64,000 bases of DNA from Octopus vulgaris. Taxonomy: Eukaryota. The notes below the pieces were generated by a model, which was not told the DNA's origin, did not search any database, and worked only from the letters and a program-made list of their open reading frames with translations. Shown here piece by piece: positions 12,715 to 26,659 of the stretch (positions are counted from its first letter, which is position 1; every line of letters begins with the position of its first letter). Position numbers and translations under genes: made by a program. Location: the NCBI GenBank assembly GCA_951406725.2, contig OX597814.1:89652001-89716000 (forward strand). The letters run 5' to 3'.

Positions 12715-12890
<176 letters not shown>

Positions 12891-13184
12891 TATGTGTATA
12901 TTCATGTATTGTATATATACACATGCATGCATCAATACATATTTACAAAGTAATATTTCGACGTAATGTAGTGAAAACAGCCGAAAGATTGGTTACCTTC
13001 CTCTTATAAGACGGAAGAAGTTGTCTGCAGACAGCTACAGGACTCAAAACACTCAGATACCGGCTGAATACTCTATCATTAAGCTAAACGGCCCACTGGT
13101 GACTATCTCAATCTATTGCGGTTTTGCGGCTATACTGCGTTCAAAATATTAGTTTCTTGTCAGTAAATATGAAACATATTCGAC

Positions 13185-13955
13185 GCTTCCAAAGTTTGTT
13201 TATGTGTTTGTCCCTTCCTGTATTTCACGTTCTTTTTATATAAAACATTTATTCTTATATTATTGCGGCGTTTCGTGCACCTCCCCGTTTGTTTATCCAA
13301 TTTTAAACCCTGCACGACTTCTATATACTTTCTCTTTCCTACCCGCCATTGCTTCTTGACCAAACTATTTTGGCGCCCTTTTTTCTTCCCCCTCTTCCTC
13401 CTATCCTTCTCAATCCCTTCTCTCTCTTTTTCTCTTGGTCTCTGACTGATTCTGTCCCCTGCCTTCCACCCTCTTTGATTCCCTCTCTCTCTGTCTCTCT
13501 TTCTCTCTCTCCCCTGCAACCTGCTGCTTCTCCACCATTTCGTTGGCGATCGTATCTCGCCAACATCTGTATTTGCCCCCTCTACCGAAGAGGTAATTAT
13601 ATCTACGCCTGCTGCTATGTTTGTTGTTTTTGTCTCATTTGGTCTAAAGTCGTATGACAACCACCGTTATATTATATTTTGTTTAACCGTTACCATTTTC
13701 AATTTCGTTTTCGTCTCTCGTATTTACATCCGTCTCGTGCGTTCACATTCCTGTCTTCTACCAAGAAATCTAATGCTTACAGCTTAGTTTTTTTCTTGGG
13801 GCTGGCCGAGTTGGAGCAAATATCAGAATTGAACAGCCGAAATTTGTTATGATGATTCGGTATCTGACTGAAGATTGAAGGCTTCGAATGATTTGTCTGT
13901 GTTCCGTGTTTGTCCCTTCCTGTATTTCACGTTCTTTATATATAAAACATTTATT

Positions 13956-13962
<7 letters not shown>
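13185..13962 (+). mobile_element. Terminally redundant non-coding element (family R), diverged copy
   Basis: Direct repeat GTGTTTGTCCCTTCCTGTATTTCACGTTCTTT..AAAACATTTATTCTTATAT at 13204-13260 and 13906-13962; 13770-13890 is homologous to the reverse complement of 37690-37806. Confidence 0.7.
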
Positions 13963-13999
<37 letters not shown>

Positions 14000-14002
<3 letters not shown>

Positions 14003-14167
14003 AGAGTTTACGAAAAAAACAAACACAAAGACAGGTGGTGTACAAAACAAACAGATGTATTAGTATAACGCTCAGGAATAGAAAAAGTCTTTTACGTTTC
14101 GAGCCTACGCTCTTTTACAGAAAGGGACAGAGAAAAAACAAGGAGAGAAAAAAATGTGTGTTGTGAC
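14000..14167 (-). mobile_element. PLE pseudo-LTR-like repeat with HHR variant (family P1)
   Basis: Minus 14089-14124: CUUU-CUGUAAA-A-GAGC(GUAG)GCUC-GAAA-CG-UA-AAAG; abuts (TA)n. Confidence 0.7.
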
Positions 14168-14215
<48 letters not shown>

Positions 14216-15066
14216 CGTGTGTGTATGTGCGTGTGTGCGCGTGTGTGTGAGGGTAAGATTTTATCATTCAGAACGAAAATGGCTTGTCGCTAATTAGAGT
14301 TTCTCGTTTCTTTAAGGAAGTAAGACAGCAGAATACGTAGAAAACTATTGTGTGACTACCGGAAATAATTATGCGCCGTATCTAATTAAGTCACTTTATA
14401 GTGTCAGATCAAATCATGTAGGAGTTCAGTGTTCTTGTTTTTCCATCTAGCAGGGCTGTTAGAAATAAGCTCGTGATATGTACTGGGAATGATTCAATCA
14501 ATTTTGTCGTACATCACAAAAGTTCTGGCTTTGTGCCCAGATTAGAAATCTATATTCAGATTCATACACGTACAAGCACATATATAAAATCACACATAGT
14601 CACACTCACACTCACACTTACACACACACACACACATAAATTCATACATATACGCGTAAGCATGTACATAAATATGTGTACATATGTATATATATGTGTG
14701 TGGATGAATCTATATCAATCTATCTATCTATCTATTCCTTTCTACACACATACACACACACATATATATACATATGTATACATATACACACACACATACA
14801 TATATACATAACTACACATGTACATGTGTGTGGACAAACGAAAAAGGCTCTCAGCACATTTAGGGGAATTACATGTATTATTATTTAAACCAGTTTGATC
14901 CGGTTCTATGTGATTTGAAGTTTCGCGGGCTTCTAGCAGGAACCCGTTTTGTTTGGGCTTACATTACCAAGATTTCGGCAATCTAAGTCCCAATGAGAAG
15001 AGTTTTCTGTTAGAGTCCGTGAAACTTTAAGTTGCATGAAGCCGAATCAAACAGTTTTAAATAATG

Positions 15067-15129
<63 letters not shown>

Positions 15130-15130
<1 letters not shown>

Positions 15131-15686
15131 GAACTGGTGGGAACACAAACCATCTCCAGTGCTTGATAATGATCACATCCCACTCTTCTGGAACTTCAAC
15201 GTTCAAACTGACAGAAAGATAGATGCGAATAGGCCAGACATTATATTGAAAGACTTCAGACAAAAATTATGCCTCCTCATTGATACGACTGTCCCAATCG
15301 ACATAAGTGTATCTGTTAAGACTTACCAAAAACTGGGCAAGTATAAAGATCTTGAAATAGAGATTGGCAAAATGTGGAACCTCAAGACCAAAACAATGCT
15401 TGTTGTCATAGGTGCCCTAGAAATGATAGCAAAAGCAGCTAATTCCTACCTAGCTCAGATACCAGGAAACGTAAAATACGTAAAATACTGTCTATGTAAT
15501 CTCAAATTTTAAAACAAACTTATAATCTTATGTTTTCTTAAACATTCTCTAGAACAATACTATGTGCAAAACGAAATATATGACACCTTAGGCATAATAC
15601 CAACTTGAACTTCTAACTTGTTGTCTCTTGAGGTCTCTGGGTGAGACTTGGAGTCAGCTTGTACAAATAGAAAGAAAAAGTCAAAC
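15130..15686 (+). mobile_element. 3' end of R4/Dong-like non-LTR retrotransposon (restriction-like endonuclease) in (TAA)n
   Basis: ORF 15159-15512: LFWNFNVQTDRKIDANRPDIILKD..CLLID..P..K..KYKDL..VVIGAL; (TAA)n on both sides. Confidence 0.9.
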
Positions 15687-15749
<63 letters not shown>

Positions 15750-15750
<1 letters not shown>

Positions 15751-15922
15751 CTTTCAACTATAAGTCCAGGGCCTGAAATTTGGTGGGAGGGGACTAGTCG
15801 ATTAAGTCGACCTCAGTACTCAACTGGTTGTTAATTTATCTACACTGAAAGGATAAAAGGCAAAGTCGATTTAGGTGCAATTTGAACTCAGACGTGCTAA
15901 TGATTCTGCCAGGTCACCGCCC
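15750..15922 (-). mobile_element. SINE family C, internally deleted
   Basis: Reverse strand GGCGGTGACCTGGCAGAATC...TGAGTTCAAATT...GACTTTGCCTTTTATCCTTTC. Confidence 0.8.
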
Positions 15923-16031
15923 TAATAATAATGATAATAATAATCATAATAATAACAATAATAATAATACCAACTACAACTATAATTATTATTTATATAC
16001 TTGTTTGTGAGTGCGCGTGTGTGTATATGTA

Positions 16032-16091
<60 letters not shown>

Positions 16092-16122
16092 GTACACATG
16101 TATTTATATATATATATATATA

Positions 16123-16164
<42 letters not shown>

Positions 16165-18064
16165 CTCATATGCACGCATATACATACATACATACATACA
16201 TATATGTATGCAATATATAATTTAATTGTTATACTTTAACCTTAATCAATATATAAATATATAGTTTTGATAACCCGTATTTGAAATCGTAAAGGAACGT
16301 AAGAACACATCCGTTCCTAATGTATAGATTAGAATTAAAGAATTCAACTCCAAATATATGATTACATTATAAATAGATTACAACGATTTTTAATGTAAAC
16401 AATTACAGCGCGGCGGATAACAAAATGGAGAATGCGCCAGACTAAATTGCTTTTATTGTTTAGTTACAGCTCTTGGTCGATGTTGAAATCTCGCTGGGAT
16501 TGACTTTTCCTTTCATTCTTCTGGGGTCGATTAAATAAGCACTGGCAAAGTGCTGATGTTGATTTAATCGACTATACCTCTAATGCAACATTTGTAATCT
16601 TGCGCCAAGTCAGAGATCAATATAAGCAATATTAAACATTATATCTTTGTAAATGTCAGTGACTAGTACGCTCACAGCCAACGGCAGGAAGCCAGTAAAA
16701 GAGTTAAAGAGGGAACAAGTTGAGACAACAACAACAACAATAATAATCTGAGTGGACTCGAAGCATGCATCACTTCCTTACCGGTTAAGACAAACAGATT
16801 TTATGAGCAGCTGGTATACTAAAAGTGACAATTTTATGAGCTACTAACATTGTAAAAGAGAATAATATGAACTGATATTAATCTTTTACTTTGGGACATA
16901 GAACTATATGTCTGTTCGATCTCCTCTTCTAACAATATTATAAAGTAAACTAAAGTGCTATCTCATATTTCATTTATTCTTTAGTTCCAGTTATGAAAAT
17001 AAAAGTTAGCATAAAGCGTGAAGATAAAAAAAAATAAAGCTGGAAGTCTCGACAGTTAACTACTGCAAAATTTCATATTCTGATTAAGTAGGTAGTGGTC
17101 AAAACATTTCTAAAAATATTATAGAAGATTTTAGTTCTGTTGAGGAAATAGGCTTGACATTTAATTCATCCAGCCAAATTATTACCACACACTTCTGTGC
17201 TAAGCAAACAATAAATGGTTATAACAGACAGCCACCATTTTCTCTGCTACAGACAAAAAATATATATGGATATTGCATTCAATTAAATCTGAGTCACATG
17301 TCGTCAGGTTTATTGCAGAGGACAAAATTTACATCCTGTAACAGGAAAACATAGTATTCGATTTAAACCGAGTCTTCACTAGATTTCTTCAAAGGTTACT
17401 TCAGTCATCTCGCTTTCCTAACATAAACACACATATTTTCCATAGTATAGACGAAAATGTAGTTTCTGTTTTAGACTTGATGACATTAAAGAGCCATCAC
17501 TAACATGTTTCAATATTGCCAATCTCCAAATATCATGGTAAAGTAAAAAAATAAAAAGAAAAAAGAATGAATTAAATGGTTTTCTTCCTTCTTGATCTGC
17601 AAAACCATTTTCTACTTAGAAATTTGTTTTACCATTTTCATTTCTTTTCAGCTTTTAGTTGTCAGTTCTTAATACATTATATCTAAGCGATGTGTTGCAT
17701 AAATGCATTTAATGAAGACAATGCTTCTAGCTATTGACCTTTCATTTACAGCCTGCTGCATTTTACACAAACCTTTTAAAACTTATCGATAAGTTTTGTC
17801 TCATGAATAAAGTTTATAATAAAGGATATATTTTATATGAAAATATGATCATTACTTTGTTAACATTTCCTAATGAATTTTCCTTTTGTAAATGTCTCAG
17901 AGTGATACAATTCTAGTTAGTCGTTATAGACTTTTACTCGTATTCACAGTAATTGATACAGAGCTTAAGAAAATATCCTCATTATAATCACCAAATGCAA
18001 GACCTTTAAATGTGAAAGATACAGAATTACGGTACTTTGAAACAATCTTAGAAGACGTTTACTT

Positions 18065-18379
18065 ACTGGCTCTCCGTCGGTTACGACGATGTGGGTTTCA
18101 GTTGATCTGATCAATGGAACAGCCTTTTCGTGAAATTAACGCGCAAGTGACTGAACACTTCGCAGACACGCGTACCCTTAACGTAGTTCTCCGGGAGATT
18201 CATAGTGACACAATGTGAAAAGGCTGGCCCTTTGAATTACAGGTACATCTCATTTTTTCCAGCTGAGTGGACTGGAGCAATGTGAAATAAAGTGTCTTGC
18301 TCAAGGACACAACGCACTGCTGAAAATTGAACTTACGATCGTACAATCGTGAGCCGAGTATCTTAACCACTAAGCTATT
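18065..18379 (-). mobile_element. SINE family A
   Basis: Colinear with 486-819 over its whole length. Confidence 0.9.
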
Positions 18380-18640
18380 GTATCAAATTGAATGCGCAAT
18401 GTGAAGAATGGGCCACTATTGCACACAAACCATTATTCTAAAATGTGTTTTATTCAATATCAATATAGTGTTAAGCGCCGTAGTTTAGTAAGTACAAAGT
18501 GAACTGACTATTATATTAGGCCTTTATTACTACTTCTGCTCTTATAATCCACTCACAACATTAATGTACTTGGAAAAGTCGGAAATATTACAAATACCAT
18601 CTGAAATCCAAACTATCTGAATTTGCATTAACGTATACGC

Positions 18641-19048
18641 TTTACTCTCTTTTACTTTTTTACTTGTTTCAGACATTTGACTGTGGCCATGCTAGAGCAT
18701 CGCCTTTTGTCGAGCAAATCGATCCCAGGACTTATTCTTTGTAAGCCTAGCACTTATTCTATCGGACTCTTTTGCCGAATCGCTAAGTTACGGGGACATA
18801 AACATATCAGCGTCGGTTGTCAAGCGATGTTGGGGGGACAAACACAGACACACAAACATATACACACACATATATACATATATACAACAGGCTTCTTTCA
18901 GTTTCCGTTCACCAAATCCACTCACAAGGCTTTGGTCGGCCCGACGCTATAGTAGAAGACTCTTGCCCAAGGTGCCACGCAGTGGGACTGAACCCGGAAA
19001 CATGTGGTTCGTAAGCAAGATACTTACCACACAGCCACTCCTACGCCT
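18641..19048 (-). mobile_element. tRNA-derived SINE, family B, full length
   Basis: Head GGAGTGGCTGTGTGGTAAG...GGGTTCAGTCCC, CACCTTGGGCAAG core, internal (TG)n, GAGTAAAA-type tail; colinear with 62658-63061. Confidence 0.92.
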
Positions 19049-20070
19049 ATGCATATGATCATGAATGGCCAAGGAATATTTATTTGTTTATCTGCATTGA
19101 TTAATTGATATCTATTTACGTAAATTGCATATTTCATAGCATACAGTCTCATGGACCGTAAATGTCTTCATGAATCGCATATTTTGTACTAAGGACTTAC
19201 AAAATTATTCCTTCTCGGAGATGAGATCTGAAATCCACTGCATTACCACATTATTCTTTAGATGATGGTTTATTAAAGTTCAGACTAAGTATCAGCTTCA
19301 TCACTCTCACCACTTGTAGATAATTTTTATGCTTAATAGGTATTTTTATCTTTTCCTGGTTAAAATGTAAAAAGGATTTACTTTTGTCATACCTAAAATA
19401 AGATCAAGTTAAACTCAATCGTGCTGTTGAGCGGTGGTTTATAATAAAGAATAAAAAAGAACTATTTCATAAGATTTAACTAAAGGTAGTAATACGTATA
19501 TTAAATATGAAAATAGTTGAAACTTCGCTAACAAAGATTTCATTATTGATTTTCAGAAATAAGTTAAAAGGGTCACGAAAGTAGCTTCTATTTTTAAAAT
19601 TAATATACTCACACACTAAACAATGTAGAAAATTTAACTGAATGTTAGAATGTTCCTGTCATGAAAGACTACTTATAATACTCTTAAAAATCCAATAGGA
19701 TTGAGTGGATTTTCTTAAATTCTATAAATATAAATTTAAAAATTCGATAGTATTTATTTTTAAGGGCAATTGTTGGAAATATTTGCGCTTAGATATGCAA
19801 ATATTTCTAAAACGAAAATACAATAATCCGTCCAGTAAACTGCAGGTTGTTATTTATCACAAATTTAAAGTTTATTGTTAGCTTAATGATGCGATAATAA
19901 TGCGAATATTTTTGAATAATATATAGGTCACTTTTGAATGAATAAGCGTAGAAACACATATACACAGACACATTAATATATGTATGAATCATTTCTAAAT
20001 CAATGCAAACTTGAATTTTTAAATCGTTTACTTTTTTAAAATGTCAAGAGTAAGTGATTTATAAAAACGG

Positions 20071-20358
20071 AGTTGGCTTAGCTGTTGATGTCTTGAATGG
20101 TATATTATTCTTCAATAACACAACCATAATGATAGTGAATATTTTATGATAATAATAAAGAATGTAAAAGCAAATTTGATTTTTTGATGTGTGTTTCGAA
20201 ATATGAACTACAAATAATTATTTCGAAACCACCTGCACACTTCAAAAATTCAGATTTGCTTTTACATTCTTTATAATTATCATAAAGTATTCACAATCAT
20301 TATGCTTGTGTTTTCAAAGAATAATATACCATTCAATACATCAACAGCTGAGCCAACT
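20071..20358. repeat. ~290 bp imperfect palindrome (fold-back)
   Basis: Arms ~20071-20193 and ~20234-20358 (AGTTGGCTTAGCTGTTGATG / CATCAACAGCTGAGCCAACT); inner GTTTCGAAATA / TATTTCGAAAC. Confidence 0.9.
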
Positions 20359-21663
20359 TAGTTATTATCAGATTTTCTGCTTAAAGTATTGTAGTGGAAT
20401 GCTTAGGGTGACAGAATAAATACTCGAAACTTTTACTTTTGTTATACTTTCCACTTATTCACACAAGTTGATAAGGAACAAGAATGCATTGTAATCACTT
20501 GAACCAACTTGATTCTCAACATTATATTATGCGTGGCATTGCGTAAATGCGAAACATGATTATTCATTCATTTAGTGTAAAGGAAAATTTGATATAAGTT
20601 GAGATGCACACAATTTCTTGTCATGTACTTAACAACTATGTTTTAGAATATCAACACTATCCGTGTCATTGAAAAAAAGTAATTCTGTAGCCGTTAATGC
20701 AACAAATATCTTGCGTAAAGGATCTAAATTTTGAGGCAAAATGACGGATAGTATAAAGTATTGAAGTATCGCCTATAGATTATAAATTTATATAACTTCT
20801 GGTGTTTTTATCTCTTTCTGTAAAGAACAAGTCAATCTACGTTTCTCTTTTCCTTGCGACGTTGGAAAGAAATAGATCTTCCGGTATACATATCTCTAGA
20901 AGTCTGCCTTATCAGAGGTGGAATTTGATACTAACCCACTTTACCATACAAAATCTATAATTAAATATCAGAACAGTAAATTAGATCTCTGAAAGAAATT
21001 CAATTTTCATTTTATTGTTTTATTACAAATTAAAAATAAAGAAGAAATGTAAAGGACACAAAAAAGGGTTCCTTAGCAGTATCACTGGCACACCAGTAGA
21101 AGAGTATACGATTTTATCCAATTTCCTCTGGGTTTGAGTTAAGATTTGATCAGGATCAAGTTTTCAACCAATCTCGATAAGATATTTAGCATTTAAATAA
21201 TGAATCCTTTGTAAAAAGGCCTGTTTATTATTACAGATATTAGTCTTTACTCCAATTAAACTACAATTGGTCAGATATATCAATGACATGGGCGTTACAT
21301 CTTCTAACGATTCTGTCCCGCCCCAAAATGTTCAGCTTCATGAGAATATTTGTTTACCTATAAGACTTCAGCATTGTCGTCATCATCTGGAAAACAATAA
21401 CAAATAAAAGTAAATAATACACCAATAAATTAGTTGGAGTCAGAACATTTCTTAGTGAGAAATGTTTAGATTAAATTCTTGTCTGTGTTTCTTACGTAAG
21501 GGAAAGGAAAATATATTACCGTGCAAATGTCGCCATTCTGTTTGCTGTACAATTGAATTTCAGTTGATAGCTTCTTTCAGAACTAACTCTAATCACAAAA
21601 CACGTTGAATGTTAACGAATTCCAAAACTTAAAAGGTAAAAAAAAAAAATATATATATATATA

Positions 21664-21900
21664 GGCAATGGCCTAGTGGTTAGGGCAGCGGACTTGCGGT
21701 CGGAGGATCGCGGTTTCGATTCCCAGACCGGGCGTTGTGTGTGTTTATTGAGCGAAAAAAACACCTAAAAGCTCCACGAGGCTCCGGCAGGAGGTGGTGA
21801 TCCCTGCTGTACTCTTTCACCACTCTAAAAGGCGGTGCTCCAGCATGGCCGCAGTCAAATGACTGAAACAAGTACAAAAAAAAAAAAAAAAAAAAAAAAA
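21664..21900 (+). mobile_element. Short tRNA-derived SINE with family-B 3' tail and poly(A)
   Basis: TGGCCTAGTGG and TTCGATTCCC boxes; tail GGCGGTGCTCCAGCATGGCCGCAGTCAAATGACTGAAACAAGTA. Confidence 0.85.
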
Positions 21901-22280
21901 TATATATATATAATCAACGCAAATAATGAGAGCTATAGTAGTACTTATAAAGTAGCTGGAAATTAACTGAAATTTCTTTCATGTTATGCTTGGTTTACAG
22001 TATAAAATAAATTTCTAACCAAAATACATTAGAGTAAAAAGCATAAAGAAGAAATATAAAAACAATGTATTTACATAGATTTCAGAAACTTTTGACTTGT
22101 GTCATGAGTGCATCAGTTGAAGAATTTGTCCTTACATATTTAAGACAAGTCAGCTGAACGGTTTCAATCTTTCAAACCTAATTATAGGAATGGCCTTTAT
22201 CCATTCCTCATTATAGATTGAAGGAATACAATGAACCGGTTAAATTAAGATACAAGTTCCAGGTGTATCAAGAATGGCAG

Positions 22281-22467
22281 TTTATTCTTTTATTCTTTTA
22301 CTTGTATCAGTCATTAGATTGCGACCAAGCTGAAGCACTGTTTCGAAAGGTTTTAGTCGAACAAATCCACCCCAGGGATTATTTTTTTCTTAAACCTGGA
22401 ACTTATTGTATCGGTTTCTTTTGCTGAACCGTTAAGTGACGGCGACATAAACACACCAACACCGGTT
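22281..22467 (-). mobile_element. SINE family B 3' half
   Basis: Matches 18650-18820. Confidence 0.75.
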
Positions 22468-22470
22468 TTG

Positions 22471-22699
22471 AATATTTGATAAGATGGATGATATTAAAAA
22501 GAATTTTTTTGGAGGAAAATAGAAAAAAATTGGGGTGGGGTTAACAGTTTGTACCCATGTTTTAGTGCATTACGCACTAAAAAATGGGTACAAACTATTA
22601 ACCACCCAATTTTTTATCTCTTTCGCTTCCTAAAAAATTCTTTTTAATATTTGATAAAATGGATACATCGAATCCGGTTATATTTTAAATCACCCACTG
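22471..22699. mobile_element. Palindromic MITE fragment with one Tc1/mariner-like end
   Basis: Arms 22491-22568 and 22574-22650 with loop ATTAC; ends ...AATCACCCACTG|TA. The other TIR was not found. Confidence 0.55.
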
Positions 22700-23228
22700 T
22701 AACAAAAATATTAAACATTCTCTAAAATAAACTTTTGTGCCTTTTTCAATTTATTTTTTAACCATATTTTTTGATTTGTATGAACTCCTAAGCCCTTTTC
22801 AACTATATATATATATATATATACTGTTATCTAGAATTCATAAAGAATCTAGGAACATTAATTCCAATTGTTAACCAGTAATTCAACAAATGTCGACTAA
22901 CTTCAGAAATTACTAAAATTGAAATTCTAAACCTAGGTCTGGCAGAAAAAGTTTTTGTTTTTCATTCTCTTCGAAATTGCTCTTAAGTGTGGTTTTGAGT
23001 GCTCCTTCTAGCATGTAAGGTGGCCTGTTAAAGGTCACCTCTTTTTGTGTTTAAATTGACACTAATTTTTTATGTCTATTGGCTTTTATACATGCTAGGC
23101 CACTGGAAGAAAAATTTCTAAAATTTTGCTACCCCATATTAATTTAAGTGTACATACATACATACACACGCACACACACATACACACACACACATACACA
23201 CATACACACACACATATATATATATACA

Positions 23229-23599
23229 TGTTTCAGTCATTGACTGCGGCTACGCTTGGGTACCAACTTAACGTATTGTCGTCGAACGAATTGACCCCAG
23301 TAATTATTTTTATTCTTAAGCCTGGTACTAATTTTGTCCGTCTCGTTTGCTGAACTGTTAAGTTACGTGGAGAGAAACACATGAACACAGGTTTTCAGGC
23401 AGTGGTGGCGAACACACACACACACACAAATATATATACGACGAGCTTCTTTCAGTTTCCGTCAACCAAATCCCCCCACAAGGCTTTAATCGACTCGAGG
23501 CTATAGTAGACACTTGCCTAAGGTGTCACGCAATGGGAGTGAACCCGGAACCATGTGGTTGGGAAGCAAACTTCTTACCACACTGTCACACCAGCGCCT
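23229..23599 (-). mobile_element. SINE family B
   Basis: Colinear with 18641-19048. Confidence 0.85.
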
Positions 23600-23640
23600 A
23601 TGCGCGCGCATACATACACGCACATGCATGCATATATGCA

Positions 23641-23689
<49 letters not shown>

Positions 23690-24278
23690 TGCACACGCGC
23701 AGACACACACACATATATGTATTATGAATGCATGTATATGATTATCTCGGTCATGTTTCCCATGTTTCCCAGCTTAAGCTACTAAATATCTTAGTAATAA
23801 CCTCGAAAAATTAGGATTTTCGAGTAAAGAAAGTAACCAGCTAAGATGCATATCGAAAATACATTCTGTAAACGTATCAGTAAATAAAAGAAGAAAAACT
23901 CATCTGAAATCCAGCATGTAACTTTTCACCGTTGCTGTAAGCTACATTCCAGCGGTGGAGTTTTGCTCCTTTGTCAGACAGCAGCTCCTTCTTTGTTTGC
24001 AAAGATTAGATAATTAAAAAAAAAAAAAAGAGAAATATACTCACATACGCTCATACGCACGCACACACACTCACATGTACACACACACACACACATGTAC
24101 ACACACACACGCATGCACACACACACACACACACTCATACATACAGAAAGAGACAGATATATACGAGCACAAGAATTCAACGCAAATAACATCAGAACTA
24201 CAGACAATTCGCAATACTAAAAAAACATTCACACAAACATAAACACACTCAAACATATGTACGCATACACACACGCAT

Positions 24279-24310
<32 letters not shown>

Positions 24311-24600
24311 ACGCCACCTTGCCAATGATATCCATGATTAGATATATCTCTACATAAAGATAATTTTCGTTTTTCGTTATTTGTTCTTTTTCCTTTGACA
24401 TTTAATGCATTTCGTTTTTAGTTTTTAGCTTTTGACATTTGGTTCGTTAGTATAACAGAGCGAACAATTCAACTGAAGATATAATACAGACGTTTGAAGC
24501 TAACGTTAAGTATGTCACCCTTTCAGCAACAAACGTAGTCATATTTAGAATTAGTAGCCATGATTCTGCTGTACTTGTGTTAGTTGGAGAAGAAAATGAT

Positions 24601-24710
<110 letters not shown>

Positions 24711-24865
24711 GCTTGAAAAATTGTTAAGACACTAGGATATTTGCTACGACACTAGGATATTTTCCTACTTTCCTTAACATGAAACCAATGGTAGCCTTAA
24801 TTCACACATAAAGAAATTATATATTCCCCAACGCGGTGTTGAGCACTTATTTCATCGTTCGACAT

Positions 24866-24897
<32 letters not shown>

Positions 24898-25158
24898 TCT
24901 TTTACTTGTTTCATTCATGCTGGGGCACCGTCTAGAAGGGTTTTAGTTGTCAAGCGGTGATGGGGGACAAACAGACACAAAGACACACACACACGCACAC
25001 ACATAATAAATGCGAAAACTAGTTTCTTTGTGTCAGTGCCACACACAGATCCCCTCTCTCTCTATTCAATGACACTTCTACTATTCCTCATGATGGGGTA
25101 AGAGTAATATAGTAGCCATAACGACGTTGAGGGTGGTGGCAAAGACAGAGAGAGTAAC

Positions 25159-25201
<43 letters not shown>

Positions 25202-25352
25202 CAAAAAAATTTAGGGAGAGTTAATGTTCTATTAAAACTTGTCGTGTTGATTGAGGCAGTGGAGTAATAATAAAAGAGAGAGAAAGAGGAAAGTGATGTG
25301 CAAGTTTCTGTCGCCAACATACTGAACACTATCACTTTTGCTTTCTTTTACA

Positions 25353-25421
<69 letters not shown>

Positions 25422-25487
25422 TAGCTGAAGGTGACCCGCTCTACGCGTGGGTAAGAGTGTGGTTGTTACTTTCTGTTGCTTCCTTTC

Positions 25488-25795
25488 AGCACGTAAAAAG
25501 CACCATCAGAACGTGGCCGATTGCAGCGCCGCCTTGACTGGCTTCTGTGCCGGTGGCACGTAAAACGCACCAACTGATCGTGTCCGCTGCCAGCCCCCCT
25601 GGCACCTGTGCCGGCGGCACGAAAAAAGCACCCACTACGCTCACAGAGTGGTTGGCGTTAGGAAGGGCATCCAGCTGTAGAAACACTGCCAGATCGGACT
25701 GGAGCCTGGTGCAGCCTCCTGGCTTCCCAGACCCCGGTCAAACTGTCCAACCCGTGCTAGCACGGAAAACGGACGTTAAACGATGATGATGATGA
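25488..25795 (+). mobile_element. 5'-truncated SINE with Meta-domain-like motif and (GAT)n tail
   Basis: Three GCACGTAAAAAGCACC-like subrepeats, GGCGTTAGGAAGGGCATCCAGCTGTAGAAAC, tail GATGATGATGATGA. Confidence 0.75.
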
Positions 25796-26331
25796 TTCTC
25801 CCTCTTTGTTTCTCTCTCCTTTCTCTCACTTTCCCCACCCTCTTACTCTTCCTTTCTCTCGGACTCTCTCTCGCTTTCTCTTACTCTCTATCTTTATCTA
25901 TCTCTCTCCCATTTATAAACAACAAAAGATCTTGAGTAAGTTGAGAAATAAAATATTTAGAAAGATCAATCATAAATATCAGGCAGTAACAATGGAAAGG
26001 TCTGCTTCAAGGCAGACAGCAAAACACTAACATTTAAAAGGGACAGACGAACTTGTGAGCTGAATAAAAATAATAAAATATTGGAAACCAAAGTTTGAAG
26101 GGATAGAATCTGAGGATAGTAGAGTCACCATGGCTGGCATTTCTTAACGACGGACAGCAACGTTTTGACTGGCGTAAAATTTTGAACTTGATGTAAAAGA
26201 AAATCCCTAAACACCAAGTTTTGAAGTGATTCTTTCTCACGACAGTAGACTCACCATGGCAAGCATTCAAAACTTCTTCATCATGGACGGCAACACATTG
26301 ACGATTAAAAGGCTGGCGCAAATTTTTTAGC

Positions 26332-26599
26332 TTGATGTAACAGAGAATTCCTAATCACCCGCTCCTTTAAATTTTAATCCCCTCCAGCCCCATTTAGACC
26401 CTTTTCACATTTTGGTTAATATAACCCGATTTCATTTGGGTCTACTGGGGCCTTTTATAAGATGAGGAATTTTGTCCTAGAGGTCATTTTCATTTGAGGA
26501 AAAAAATAGTTGTCATGCAAACTTGCGAGCACTTTTAACATAGGTGTGCATATTTTCAGCTGAACCGACCGACCACATAATGCACACATTATATATATA

Positions 26600-26659
<60 letters not shown>

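Noticed and set aside
21664-21735. tRNA-like sequences with A and B boxes (also at other SINE heads)
   Set aside because: They run directly into SINE bodies and tails and lack a clean acceptor stem, so they are not called as tRNA genes.
25488-25632. Three spaced GCACGTAAAAAGCACC repeats resembling a mini CRISPR array
   Set aside because: The spacers resemble each other, the block is part of a SINE, there are no cas genes, and the context is eukaryotic.
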